Below are positions 19,247 through 29,414 of a DNA stretch of 64,000 bases, piece after piece. The DNA is from Thermoanaerobaculia bacterium (GTDB lineage: Bacteria > Acidobacteriota > Thermoanaerobaculia > Multivoradales > UBA5704), in NCBI GenBank assembly GCA_044226625.1, contig JBGAGQ010000002.1:1-64000 (forward strand), read 5' to 3'. The notes under the pieces are model-generated. The model saw only the letters and a list, made by a program, of their open reading frames with translations, ran no database searches and was not told the DNA's origin. The translations under genes and the position numbers were made by a program. Positions within the stretch are counted from its first letter, which is position 1, and the number at the start of each line of letters is the position of its first letter.

Positions 19247-20877
19247 CCGTGGGCGGCCCCCCGGGACGCCGCCGGGCTTCAGATGACCTCGAAGGTTCGG
19301 CGACTGGGGTCCTGCTCGGATCCGGCGTCGCGATCGCCAGCGCGCTCGGCATTCGCGTCGCCATGGCGCGCGGGCTCGGGACGGACGACCTCGGCGCGGT
19401 TCTGCTCGCGATCGCAGTCGCATCGTTCACCGGGATGGTGGCATCCGGCGGCCTCCGGTCCGCCACCGCGCGCCGGGTGGCCGAGCGGCTCGCGCTCGGA
19501 AAGGTGGACCAAAGCGAGTCGACGGCGCGGACGGCGCTCACGGCCGCGTGCCTCTCCGGTCTCGTGTCGGCGGCGCTGATTCCGTTTCTGCCACGCCTCG
19601 GCCTGGGTCGCCTCGCCTTCCTCTCCCCGGTCGTGCTCGCCGCGGTCGCGCCCGCGGCCTTCGGCTTGAGCGTCGGCCTCGCGACGTGGGGAATCTCGCA
19701 GGGGCGCGGGGACACCCGGGGCCGCGCGCTCTTTCGCGACGCGGGGGGAAGCCTGCTCCGCTTGGCCGGGGTCGCGATCGCCGCGACCCTGCAGGTCGGA
19801 GCCGCGGGTTTCGCGCTCGCCTGGGGCACGGGCTCGCTGGTGGGGGAGCTTTCGTTCGTCGGGTACGGGATCCGTCAGGGTTGGCTCCGGCGGTCGGCGC
19901 CCGAATCCTCGGACCTCGATCGGGGCCTGCTTCGCTCGCTGCCGCCGTTTCTCGGGGTTACCTGGATCAATCAGACGGCCACCTGGCTCGACATCGTCTT
20001 GCTGGGGGCGCTCGCGCCGCTGGCGGTGGTGGGGGTTTACGGCGCCGCCCAAGGGCTCGGCCGCGTCCTGGGCCAGGTGAGCGACAGCGCCTCCCATCGA
20101 TTTCTGCCCCTCGCCTCGGCGGCCGTCACGGCGGGGGACCCAGAGAGCCTCGCCCTCGGCTATCGGCGGTCCCGCGAGCTGGCATTTTCGTATCTCTGGC
20201 CCGTGCTCGGACCTTGCCTTCTCTGTCCGACCGCTCTCGCTCGGATCGCGTTCGGTGCACGGTACGAAGCCGCCGCGCCGTCGCTCGCATTTCTCGCCGC
20301 CGGGTGGCTGGTCCGGTCCCTCGCGGGTTATACCGAAGAGTCGCTCATCGCGCGCGGACGTGCCTCCTGGGTGTTCTCGCTCACGCTCGCGAGCACGGTG
20401 GCGACCGCCGCTTCGTTCGTCCTCTTCGTTCCCCGTTTCGGCGCGGTCGGAGCGGCTGCCGCGGTGGCCCTCGGCCAGACGATCCGCGGCGGCGTGGGGG
20501 TCGCTTTGCTCGGCCCGGCGCTCCGCCGCGCGATCCTCTTGCCCGCCGACTTCGCGAAGCTCCTGCGCCTCACCGCTCCGGCCTTTCTTGTCGCTTTGGC
20601 TTTTTCCACGCCCGGGCTCGAGAACGTTCCCTTGGCGTTAGCGCTCGGCGCGGTCGTGGGCGCCGCCAGCCTCCCCGCTCTCGTCCCTGCCCGGGCTGCG
20701 CTCCGCGCCTTGCTCCGGCCACGGCCGAGGGAGGGCCGCGACGAGGAGGCGCGCGAGGGTTCCGACGTTCGGGGGATTCAACATCTGGATGTGATCTCCG
20801 GGCACGTCCGCGATCGTGAGAGGACCCGAGAGCCGGCGACTCCACCCGTTGTCCCGAGCGACCAGCCGATTCCATAG
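19243..20877 (+). CDS. Wzx/MurJ-like (MOP superfamily) oligosaccharide flippase
   Basis: About 12-14 TM segments; 'ARGLGTDDLG', 'WLDIVLLGAL...VGVYGAA', 'FVPRFGAVGAAAA'. The 3' end overlaps the convergent NRPS-like gene. Confidence 0.75.
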   Translation: MTVGGPPGRRRASDDLEGSATGVLLGSGVAIASALGIRVAMARGLGTDDLGAVLLAIAVASFTGMVASGGLRSATARRVAERLALGKVDQSESTARTALTAACLSGLVSAALIPFLPRLGLGRLAFLSPVVLAAVAPAAFGLSVGLATWGISQGRGDTRGRALFRDAGGSLLRLAGVAIAATLQVGAAGFALAWGTGSLVGELSFVGYGIRQGWLRRSAPESSDLDRGLLRSLPPFLGVTWINQTATWLDIVLLGALAPLAVVGVYGAAQGLGRVLGQVSDSASHRFLPLASAAVTAGDPESLALGYRRSRELAFSYLWPVLGPCLLCPTALARIAFGARYEAAAPSLAFLAAGWLVRSLAGYTEESLIARGRASWVFSLTLASTVATAASFVLFVPRFGAVGAAAAVALGQTIRGGVGVALLGPALRRAILLPADFAKLLRLTAPAFLVALAFSTPGLENVPLALALGAVVGAASLPALVPARAALRALLRPRPREGRDEEAREGSDVRGIQHLDVISGHVRDRERTREPATPPVVPSDQPIP

Positions 20878-23376
20878 GCGGGCGCTTCCGGCTCCCGGAT
20901 TGGCCCGCAGCAGCCAAACGGAAGTGCCGCCCCCTTCGATCGGCGGGCCGAACTGGAACCTGCGCCGGGCCGCGGTCGAGACCCGACGAACCCGATGGAT
21001 CTCGTGCTCGACGAGAGATTTTCCTCCTCGCCGCTTGAAGGCGCGGCGCGCCATGTGGACGATGGCCCTCAGGGCGGCGATCGGCCGGCCGCCGCTCGAG
21101 CGCCAGATCCGCCGCGCCGCGAGCGCCAGCGACTCGACGGCGCGCACGCCGCGCGCGGCGAACGGCACCGCGTCGGGCGTGTGGGAATCGCACATGACCA
21201 AGAGGGGAACCTTTTCGCCCGCGGCGATCAGCCTTCGGGTCATCTCGTAAGCGACGAGGCCGCCGTAGGAGTGGCCGAGCAGAAGGTAGGGTCCCCTCGG
21301 CTGCGCCCCTCGTAGCCGACCGATGAGCGCATCGGCGAGGGCCTCGACCGTCGGCAAGGGATCGCCGTCACCATCGAGACCTGGAAACTGGAGCACGGTG
21401 AGCGAGATCGAGCCCGCGAGCTCGGCAGCGAGCGGCCGATAGACGAACGCGTAGCCATCGACCGCGGGGATACAGAAGAGCCGAGGCCTCCCTTCCGATC
21501 GCCGGACGTCGAGCGACAGGAACGGGCTGGCGGCGTCCCGCCGCACGCCCTCGCGCAGATGCTCCGCCTGAGCCCGCACCGTCTGGGCGGAGAACACTCG
21601 CGAGAGAGGCAGCGCGGTTCCGAAACGCTTCTCGATCTCGGAGAACAGCGCGACAGCCGCGCGCGAGTCGCCCCCGAGGTCGAAGAAGCTCTCGTCGATC
21701 CCCACCAGATCGAGGCCGAGCACCTCGCACCAGAGCGCCGAGAGACGGGTCTCGATGGGATCGCGCGGGTACGTGAGCAACCGTTCGGCGGGAAGCTCGC
21801 GGGAGACGAGAGCCGGCAGCGCGCGCCGGTCGAGCTTGCCGTTGGCGGTCATCGGTAGTCGCTCGACGACACGGAACCTCGCCGGGACCATCGGCTGGGG
21901 AAGGACTTCCGCGAGCTCCCGCCGCAGACCGGCGTGGGTGAGGGAAGCGCCGTTCGCCGCCACCAGATAGGCCGTTAGGATCGGGTCGTCGGTCTCTGAA
22001 GCGTCCGAGCCTCCGCGAGGAACCGCATCCACGACGGAGACCGCGGCCTCGGCCACTCCCGGAACCTCGCCGAGCGCCCGTTCGACCTCCGCGAAGTCGA
22101 TGCGAAGACCGCGAATCTTGACCTGGGAATCGGCCCGCCCCAGGTATTCGAGCCCCTCCGCTCCGTGCCGCGCAAGATCGCCGGTTCGATAGACGGCGGG
22201 CCGATGCGCAATCTCCGATTCCCGGCCTTGGGTACCGTCCCAATACGCGCTGATCACGTCGGTTCCGGAGACCGCGATCTCCCCCACGGTGCCGGGGGGG
22301 ACGGGTGCGCCGGCCGCGTCCAGGAGCTCGATCTTCACCCCTTCGGCCGGGCGGCCGAGGACGACGGCGCGAGGCAGAGGCTCGTCGTAGCCATAAGCGC
22401 AGGTGGTCACGGTGCCCGTCTCGGTCGTACCGAGACCGAAGACGAGGCGCGCGGGAGGGGCGAACAGGCGACGGAAGGTCTCGATCTCCCGCCTTCCGAT
22501 GGGCTCCCCGCCAAGGCGGACGCCGCGCACCTCGGGAAATCTCGTCTCCGTCGAAAGGGACGCGGCGAGCTGGCGGAAGAGGGTCACCCCAGAGCTGTAG
22601 ATCGTCAGCCCCTCCCGGGCTATCCAAGCGCCGAGCGCCTCCACCCCTTCCCGGGTCACGAGGTGGGGAAGGACTTCGGCGCCCGAGAGGAGAGCGGTGC
22701 CCAGGTCCCGAAGCGCCGGGTTGACGCTCGGCGGATAGAGCAAGGTGCATCGGTCGGTCGGTCCGACGCGCAACGCCGTGCGGTTGATCGCGACGTTGCG
22801 CAGCACGGCCCCGTGGGTCTGCACGACTCCCTTGGGTAGACCCGTCGATCCCGAGGTGAAAGTCAGCGCCGCGATCGACGTACGTTCCGTCCGCGTTGGC
22901 GCGGGGAGGGAGGCCTCTCGTCCTCCCACCGCGGCGAGCCATTCGCCAGGCTCGAGCGGGATGTGGACACGGATCGCCTTCCCGCGCGCGCCGCCGGACT
23001 CCAGCTCCCGGAGGAGCGGTGCGGTTTCGATCCCCGTGCCGGCGATCATTACCTCGGCGGCCGCGTCGTCCGCGATGCGCGCGTTGCGGCCGACGGGAGC
23101 CACCGGATCGAGCGCGACGAAAAAACGCCCGGCCCGCCAGACGCCGAGCATCGCCGCCGTGAGGCGCAATCCCGGCTCGGCGACCAGGAGCACCGGCCGG
23201 TCGAAAGGCGCTTCGGCGGCGGCCAGGTGGGCAGCGACCCCGGCGGCCAGCCGGTCGAGATCGCCGTAGCTCGCGCTGCCGTCGGCGGCCCGCACGGCGG
23301 GGCGTTCCGGCTGCCGCGCCGCGACCGCGGAAAACGCCGCGGCGACGTTCCGGTCTTCTTCGAGAGCCGTCGGCAT
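20638..23376 (-). CDS. Stand-alone NRPS-like protein (adenylation - carrier - thioesterase)
   Basis: 'FTSGSTGLPKG', 'YRTGDLAR', 'GRADSQVKIRG', 'LPMTANGKLDR'; carrier 'FFDLGGDS'; TE 'GHSYGG' and 'VPGDH'. No condensation domain. Confidence 0.9.
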   Translation of the reverse strand: MPTALEEDRNVAAAFSAVAARQPERPAVRAADGSASYGDLDRLAAGVAAHLAAAEAPFDRPVLLVAEPGLRLTAAMLGVWRAGRFFVALDPVAPVGRNARIADDAAAEVMIAGTGIETAPLLRELESGGARGKAIRVHIPLEPGEWLAAVGGREASLPAPTRTERTSIAALTFTSGSTGLPKGVVQTHGAVLRNVAINRTALRVGPTDRCTLLYPPSVNPALRDLGTALLSGAEVLPHLVTREGVEALGAWIAREGLTIYSSGVTLFRQLAASLSTETRFPEVRGVRLGGEPIGRREIETFRRLFAPPARLVFGLGTTETGTVTTCAYGYDEPLPRAVVLGRPAEGVKIELLDAAGAPVPPGTVGEIAVSGTDVISAYWDGTQGRESEIAHRPAVYRTGDLARHGAEGLEYLGRADSQVKIRGLRIDFAEVERALGEVPGVAEAAVSVVDAVPRGGSDASETDDPILTAYLVAANGASLTHAGLRRELAEVLPQPMVPARFRVVERLPMTANGKLDRRALPALVSRELPAERLLTYPRDPIETRLSALWCEVLGLDLVGIDESFFDLGGDSRAAVALFSEIEKRFGTALPLSRVFSAQTVRAQAEHLREGVRRDAASPFLSLDVRRSEGRPRLFCIPAVDGYAFVYRPLAAELAGSISLTVLQFPGLDGDGDPLPTVEALADALIGRLRGAQPRGPYLLLGHSYGGLVAYEMTRRLIAAGEKVPLLVMCDSHTPDAVPFAARGVRAVESLALAARRIWRSSGGRPIAALRAIVHMARRAFKRRGGKSLVEHEIHRVRRVSTAARRRFQFGPPIEGGGTSVWLLRANPGAGSARLWNRLVARDNGWSRRLSGPLTIADVPGDHIQMLNPPNVGTLARLLVAALPRPWPEQGAERSPGRDESGEAGGAHDRAER

Positions 23377-23397
23377 GTCTCGTTCCCGTTCGGAAGC

Positions 23398-24372
23398 TCA
23401 GGAACGCCCGCGAGCCGGGCGGCGGATCATCCGTAGCGCCTCTAGGACCGGCAACCGGATCGCGGCGGCGAGGATGCTCTTGATGCCGAACCTCGGAACG
23501 GCGCTGGCTACCGAGAAGCGCGGGTCGTCTTCCAGATGAAGGGCACGGAGGGCGTTCTTCCACAAGATCCGATCGAGAACCGCGGGGCGCCACCCTTGGA
23601 GCAGGAACCGGTCGACCGTGCGGCGGAGCCCGCCGCAGAGCGGGAAGGCGCTGCCGAACAGGAACTGGTCCGCGATCTGCCCCCGGTTCACGGCGTAGAC
23701 CCACTCTCCACCGCTGGGGGTAAAGAGATAAAGATCCGGAGAGGGGAAGACGTTCGGCCGACGGACGGCGACCGCGATCATCTCCCTGACGTAAGGATAG
23801 GCGCCGTGGCCGCAGATCAGATGGAGGTCAGGGAAATCGTGCGCCACCCGGTCGATCCAGCGCGGATGGGCGTGATCGAGGTTCTCGCCGCCCCAGATCC
23901 CGGAGGTCTGGAGAAAGAGCGCGACCCTTAGCTCCTGCGCCCTCTCGTACAACGGATAGAGACGGCGGTCGGCAACGGTCTCGGCGGAGAACGGCGCGCG
24001 ACCCGGCTCGATCGCGATCCGTTGGAGGCCGAGGCGGGTCGACACCCGCTCGAGCTCTTCGAGGGGATCGTGGCGCGTCCCCGAAACGTCGATTCCCGCG
24101 GCCCCGAGAAATCGGCCGGGGAAGCGAGCTTCCAACGCCGCGAGGTCGTCGTTGTTCGTCCGCCGCGGCGGCAGCTCGCGCCGGCCGAGCTTCAGTCCGT
24201 CGTTGTTTCCCGACACCGAAACCGCAGTCCGGACCCCCGCCCGATCCAGCTCGGCGAGGAAGCCCTCCGGATCCAGGCCGATCCACGGGGCGAAGCGCGC
24301 ACCGTCCGGCCGGCGGGAAAGGTAGGCCCCGTCCGAGGCGGACGGCAGGCGGCAGCGGACGTCGAGAATCAC
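23398..24372 (-). CDS. Amidohydrolase_2 family protein
   Basis: 'FPGRFLGAAGID', 'DRRLYPLYE', 'FPDLHLICGHG', 'FLFGSAFP', 'NALRAL'. Confidence 0.85.
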   Translation of the reverse strand: MILDVRCRLPSASDGAYLSRRPDGARFAPWIGLDPEGFLAELDRAGVRTAVSVSGNNDGLKLGRRELPPRRTNNDDLAALEARFPGRFLGAAGIDVSGTRHDPLEELERVSTRLGLQRIAIEPGRAPFSAETVADRRLYPLYERAQELRVALFLQTSGIWGGENLDHAHPRWIDRVAHDFPDLHLICGHGAYPYVREMIAVAVRRPNVFPSPDLYLFTPSGGEWVYAVNRGQIADQFLFGSAFPLCGGLRRTVDRFLLQGWRPAVLDRILWKNALRALHLEDDPRFSVASAVPRFGIKSILAAAIRLPVLEALRMIRRPARGRS

Positions 24373-24617
24373 CCCTGGTAAACCCCCATCGTCCTCGGTC
24401 TGGTTCGCGGGAAGAACTCAGATTCTACTCGACGGAACGGGGGCGCGGCTCCCGGCTTGGGGCTCGCTCGGGAGACGGGATTCAGGGTCGTGGGCCTCCC
24501 TTTCCGACCGGGGGGCCGGCCGAACCCCATGTGCTACCATCCGCCCGCCGCGTTCGTCACAGTTCCGTAAAACTCCTGAAACAACTGCCTTTGCGGTTCG
24601 AAAGGCGGAGGAAGCCT

Positions 24618-25268
24618 ATGAAGGCCGACGCGATCATCAAGTGGTTCATGCCCAAGGAGGAGCGCTTCCACGAGTTGCTCGGGCGGGGAGCGGTCAACCT
24701 GGGGGAAGCCGCCAAAGTGTTCGCTTCGATCGCCCACTCCGAGGATTTCACCGCTCGGAAGGCGCATACGCAGCGTCTCCGCGAGATCGAAAAGGTGGGC
24801 GACGGCATCACCCGCGAGATCTTCGACGCGCTCAACTCGACGTTCATCACGCCGTTCGATCGCGAGGACATCCGCTCGATCGCGGTCGACATGGACGACA
24901 TCCTCGACTACCTCGAGGCGGCGGCGAACGCGCTGATCCTCTTCGAGCTCGCCGAGGCGCCGGAGCCGCTCCGGCAATTCGCCGACATCCTGGCCGACAT
25001 GGTGACCGAGGTGATCCGCATCACCGACTTGGTGTGGGACGCCAAGAACCAGGCGCGCATCCATGAGGCCATCGTCCGCGTGTCCGATCTCGAAAACCGC
25101 GCCGACGACCTGTTCAATCGGGTGATCGCGGAGCTGTTCCGGGCCGACAGCTCGCGGGCGATCGAGATCCTCAAGTGGAAAGAGGTCTACCAGGTGCTCG
25201 AGGACGGTTGCGACGCCTGCAAGGACTACACGCACATCATCGGCAACGTCCTGGTCAAGAACGCCTGA
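24618..25268 (+). CDS. DUF47 / PhoU-like phosphate transport regulator
   Basis: GGAGG RBS; 'TFITPFDREDI', 'MDDILD', 'ENRAD', 'KWKEVY...LEDGCDAC'; directly upstream of Pit. Confidence 0.92.
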   Translation: MKADAIIKWFMPKEERFHELLGRGAVNLGEAAKVFASIAHSEDFTARKAHTQRLREIEKVGDGITREIFDALNSTFITPFDREDIRSIAVDMDDILDYLEAAANALILFELAEAPEPLRQFADILADMVTEVIRITDLVWDAKNQARIHEAIVRVSDLENRADDLFNRVIAELFRADSSRAIEILKWKEVYQVLEDGCDACKDYTHIIGNVLVKNA

Positions 25269-25280
25269 GGCCGCCGAACC

Positions 25281-26279
<999 letters not shown>

Positions 26280-26505
26280 GTCAAGGAACGTCGTTAGACC
26301 AGGATTTGAAGTCTGCGCATGCCCAATGCAGGATGGGGCTGGTGCCGCAATCCATCGGTCGCCGTCGTGTGCTGAAATCGCGATTCGCGGCTGGACGACG
26401 CCTTGTAGCTTGTACGTCAACTACGGAAAGACAGGCGGGCCTGCCGCAAGAGCGAGTCCTAGCGCCCTCCCCAAAATCTTGGGGATCGAGCCTAGCAAGG
26501 ATTCC

Positions 26506-26721
26506 TTAAACGCAGCCGCAGGTTTGCCCGCTGCAGATGGTTCCAGCGCAGCTAGGGCAATTTGTGAGCACCGTAAGACATGTTGCATCGGAAGTGCAGA
26601 AGTCCCAGCACGAATACACATCCGACGGAGTACAGAAGCGAGACAAACCGCCACCAACACGAGAGGGACGATCCAAGTGGCTCAAAGTTTCGACTTTCAA
26701 GGTTAGCTTCTTTTTTCGCAC
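26506..26721 (-). CDS. Cys/Ser/Thr-rich small peptide; putative RiPP (lanthipeptide-like) precursor
   Basis: GAGG 8 nt before GTG; leader MRKKKLTLKVETLSHL...VGGG followed by a core with 9 Cys and many Ser/Thr. Confidence 0.7.
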   Translation of the reverse strand: MRKKKLTLKVETLSHLDRPSRVGGGLSRFCTPSDVYSCWDFCTSDATCLTVLTNCPSCAGTICSGQTCGCV

Positions 26722-26915
26722 GGCATAGACCTCGCCTTGGGTCGAAGGTAATACGACTCTTATATTATCACTGCGCAGCTCAAGACTGCAAGATGCTTTT
26801 GACTTATGCGAAGGCGTTCCAGGGCGAGTGATCTGCAGACTTAGTGTCCGTTCCCCGCAAAACTCGGCTAGCTTGACATGGGAGCATTGAGCTCCGATTG
26901 GCCAAGAAACTGGGG

Positions 26916-27785
26916 CTAGCGCTGGGCTGTCTGAGGGGCGGACTTGGGAGATCCTTTTCGGTTGCGATCAGCTTTCTCAAGCTGGGCAGCCGGGGCTTCC
27001 CCAGAAAGGACGATCACTCTCGTCGTTCGTAGGTCAACGGCGCACTCTCTCATGAGTTGATTCCAGCGAGACTCCGGCTGGATACGAGAAGTCTCGTAAA
27101 TCACATAGATAAAGTGTGCCCATTCTCTGGAATGGTAACCCCTCGTATCGGCCAAGATCTCCTCGGAAATTGCCGCAAGTTGATCCTGTGACGACAAGAA
27201 CTTGTATTCGATCAGAGTTTGAATTGAAGGAATTCCTGTGTCGGGTTCGAATTGTTTGATCGGTTTTGTGATTCGAGGCTTATGTTGGAGGTCTGGAAAA
27301 AAGCACCTAAGGATTCCCTCCATCCGTAGATGAAGAGTGGCCTCATTACATGGAGGCGCATCAAAAATTTTCTTGTCACAGAGTGAGTAGGTTGCTGCGC
27401 GTAAGATCGAGTCGAGATCCTTGGTTACCGTTCGCGACGGTTCGACACCAAATGTGGTTTGTAGTCCTTTCAAGTATCGGCGGACGGGGACTGCCCACTT
27501 CAAATGGGCGCTAAAGGAGCGCTCATCGGAAACGTCGGAGAGAAAGCCTTCCGTTCTTGCCATCGAGAGGTCACTGCGAACTTCCCGTCTAAGATGTGGG
27601 AGATTTTGGGCCTCGACGAGAATTAGGAGTTGGGTGTAGGCATTCTGTAAGTGATATTCTGCATCGTCGCCGCAGTATTGATCTCCTTCTTGGAAGTCAC
27701 TAAAGGCTGATTCCGCCAACGAAGTACTTTCAGCGATAGCATCTAACGCAGCTGCAATCTGATAGGTCCGTAGTCTCGGTTCCAT
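26916..27785 (-). CDS. PD-(D/E)xK nuclease-domain protein (DpnII/MboI-like C-terminus), low GC
   Basis: 'NEATLH...FPDL...KQFEPDTGIPSIQTLIEYKF...EILADTRGY' gives PD..ExK. ATG is 8 nt after the TPR gene stop. Confidence 0.7.
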   Translation of the reverse strand: MEPRLRTYQIAAALDAIAESTSLAESAFSDFQEGDQYCGDDAEYHLQNAYTQLLILVEAQNLPHLRREVRSDLSMARTEGFLSDVSDERSFSAHLKWAVPVRRYLKGLQTTFGVEPSRTVTKDLDSILRAATYSLCDKKIFDAPPCNEATLHLRMEGILRCFFPDLQHKPRITKPIKQFEPDTGIPSIQTLIEYKFLSSQDQLAAISEEILADTRGYHSREWAHFIYVIYETSRIQPESRWNQLMRECAVDLRTTRVIVLSGEAPAAQLEKADRNRKGSPKSAPQTAQR

Positions 27786-27793
27786 AAACAATC

Positions 27794-29170
27794 TCAACGC
27801 CGGGCCTTCTCCAGCTGCTCAGCTTCTCGCAACGCACGATTCAGCAGATCGACCGTCGCGCGGTCCAGCTGCGCCGCCTGATCGAGGAGAATGACGGAGG
27901 CTAGCGCCTCGCGCTCGATGCCGAGAGCGAGAAAGGCCGAAAGCGCTTCGGAGACAGCAGCGCGAAGCTCCTCGGTCTGTCGCGCGTGGAGCCAGATGGC
28001 GCAGAGTTCAAGATTCACGAGGGCGACGTAATAGGGCATTCTCTCGTCGGCGAACGCGCGTCGTATTTCGCGGAGGGACCGCTCAGCTTGGTGATGGCGG
28101 CCAGCGGCGCGGGCGATTTTCGCTTCGACCCACCGAACCTTGAGCTGGTCGACGACGCCGCCGATTTCATCAAGCAGCGGCCGCGAGCTGGCGAGTAGCA
28201 CTTCGGCCCGGTCTAGCTCGTTCAGGTCGATGAGCGCGCCAACAGTGTTGAGGATTGCGGTGCGGAAGAGTTGCGGTTCCTGCTCGCGGTCGATTCGGCA
28301 GAGAGCGAGGCCGAAGAAGGATGCGGCGGCTTCGAACTTCTGTGAGTATGCTGCGACGAGGCCACGTTGAATGAGCGCCTTTGCCACTCTGGCCTCGTGC
28401 CCGGCCTTCTCGTAGAGAATGCAAGCTAGAGTTAGGGATTCGTCGGCGCGGCAGAAGTTGCGTTCTGCAATCGAAAGAGAGGCGACGAGGTCCAAGAGTA
28501 CGGCGTGAAGTCCAGCATCACCGGTGCCCCGACTGGCGTACCTCATCGCCTCGCGGAACGCCTGTTCGGCGAGGAGAAATCTCCCGAGGCGGCGCCGAGC
28601 ATTACCAACCTCTCCCCAAGCGGCAGCAACGAGATCGGCGTCCTCCCGCTCCTGGCGGTTTCGATGCCTCTCCCCATTCTTCCAGGGAGGTTCTGGAGAC
28701 TCGAAGCCAAGTAGCGCCTCGGCCAGGGTGACAGCATAGAGCGCACCCTGTTCGTAGCGTTCCGGGTCTCTGCTCCGAAGCGCGCGGGTGGCATCGAGCC
28801 AGGCTGCGGCGTGGCTTCGCCGTACGGTGGGTTCCGGGAGACTAGTCGGGAGGCGTGCGCTTTCGAGGAGGGTCGCCGCCTCCGCGGCAGCTCGTCCTCG
28901 TGCCTTCACGTGATGGCGGGCGATCTTGAATGCGCGATTGAGCGGCTGATCGTACTCCGCGGCCGGACCGCGGCTCCGCGGAAGCGATTCGAAGTCCTTA
29001 GCGAAGGCGGCGCCAATCCACGGGGCCATCCGCTCGCGGCAGCGCTCGCAATTGGTAATGAGGTGCCGCACCACGCAGACGCGCTCAGCGGGTGCGAGCG
29101 TTCCGTGGACGAACGCGACAAGTGACGCGAGCTTCGGATGCTGCAAATGGCGCGAGCGTTTCGCCGGCAT
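27794..29170 (-). CDS. TPR-repeat protein with N-terminal zf-HC2 (anti-sigma-like) Zn motif
   Basis: GGAGGG RBS before ATG 29170; 'HPKLASLVAF...VVRHLITNCERC'; TPR-like helices 'AWGEVGNARRRLGRFLLAEQAFREA' and 'ALIQRGLVAAYSQKFEAA'. Confidence 0.75.
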   Translation of the reverse strand: MPAKRSRHLQHPKLASLVAFVHGTLAPAERVCVVRHLITNCERCRERMAPWIGAAFAKDFESLPRSRGPAAEYDQPLNRAFKIARHHVKARGRAAAEAATLLESARLPTSLPEPTVRRSHAAAWLDATRALRSRDPERYEQGALYAVTLAEALLGFESPEPPWKNGERHRNRQEREDADLVAAAWGEVGNARRRLGRFLLAEQAFREAMRYASRGTGDAGLHAVLLDLVASLSIAERNFCRADESLTLACILYEKAGHEARVAKALIQRGLVAAYSQKFEAAASFFGLALCRIDREQEPQLFRTAILNTVGALIDLNELDRAEVLLASSRPLLDEIGGVVDQLKVRWVEAKIARAAGRHHQAERSLREIRRAFADERMPYYVALVNLELCAIWLHARQTEELRAAVSEALSAFLALGIEREALASVILLDQAAQLDRATVDLLNRALREAEQLEKARR

Positions 29171-29414
29171 GAAGCCCTCCCCGCGAGATGCTGCAGATGT
29201 CACAACTTCAGGGCATATTCTCGCACGAGCGCGGCGCTGGAAATACTGGAGTTGCGTCGAATGCCCTGTGCTCGAGACGTCGAGGTGCGCCAACGGGTCG
29301 CCGCCGTTCCCAGCGTTGACGACGCGTCGGCGCTATCCGAACGCAGGTGGCTGTCTCCGAAGCCGAGAAGTAGAAGGCGGCGAGACGGCGCTCGCGCACT
29401 CCAGAACGATCCTT

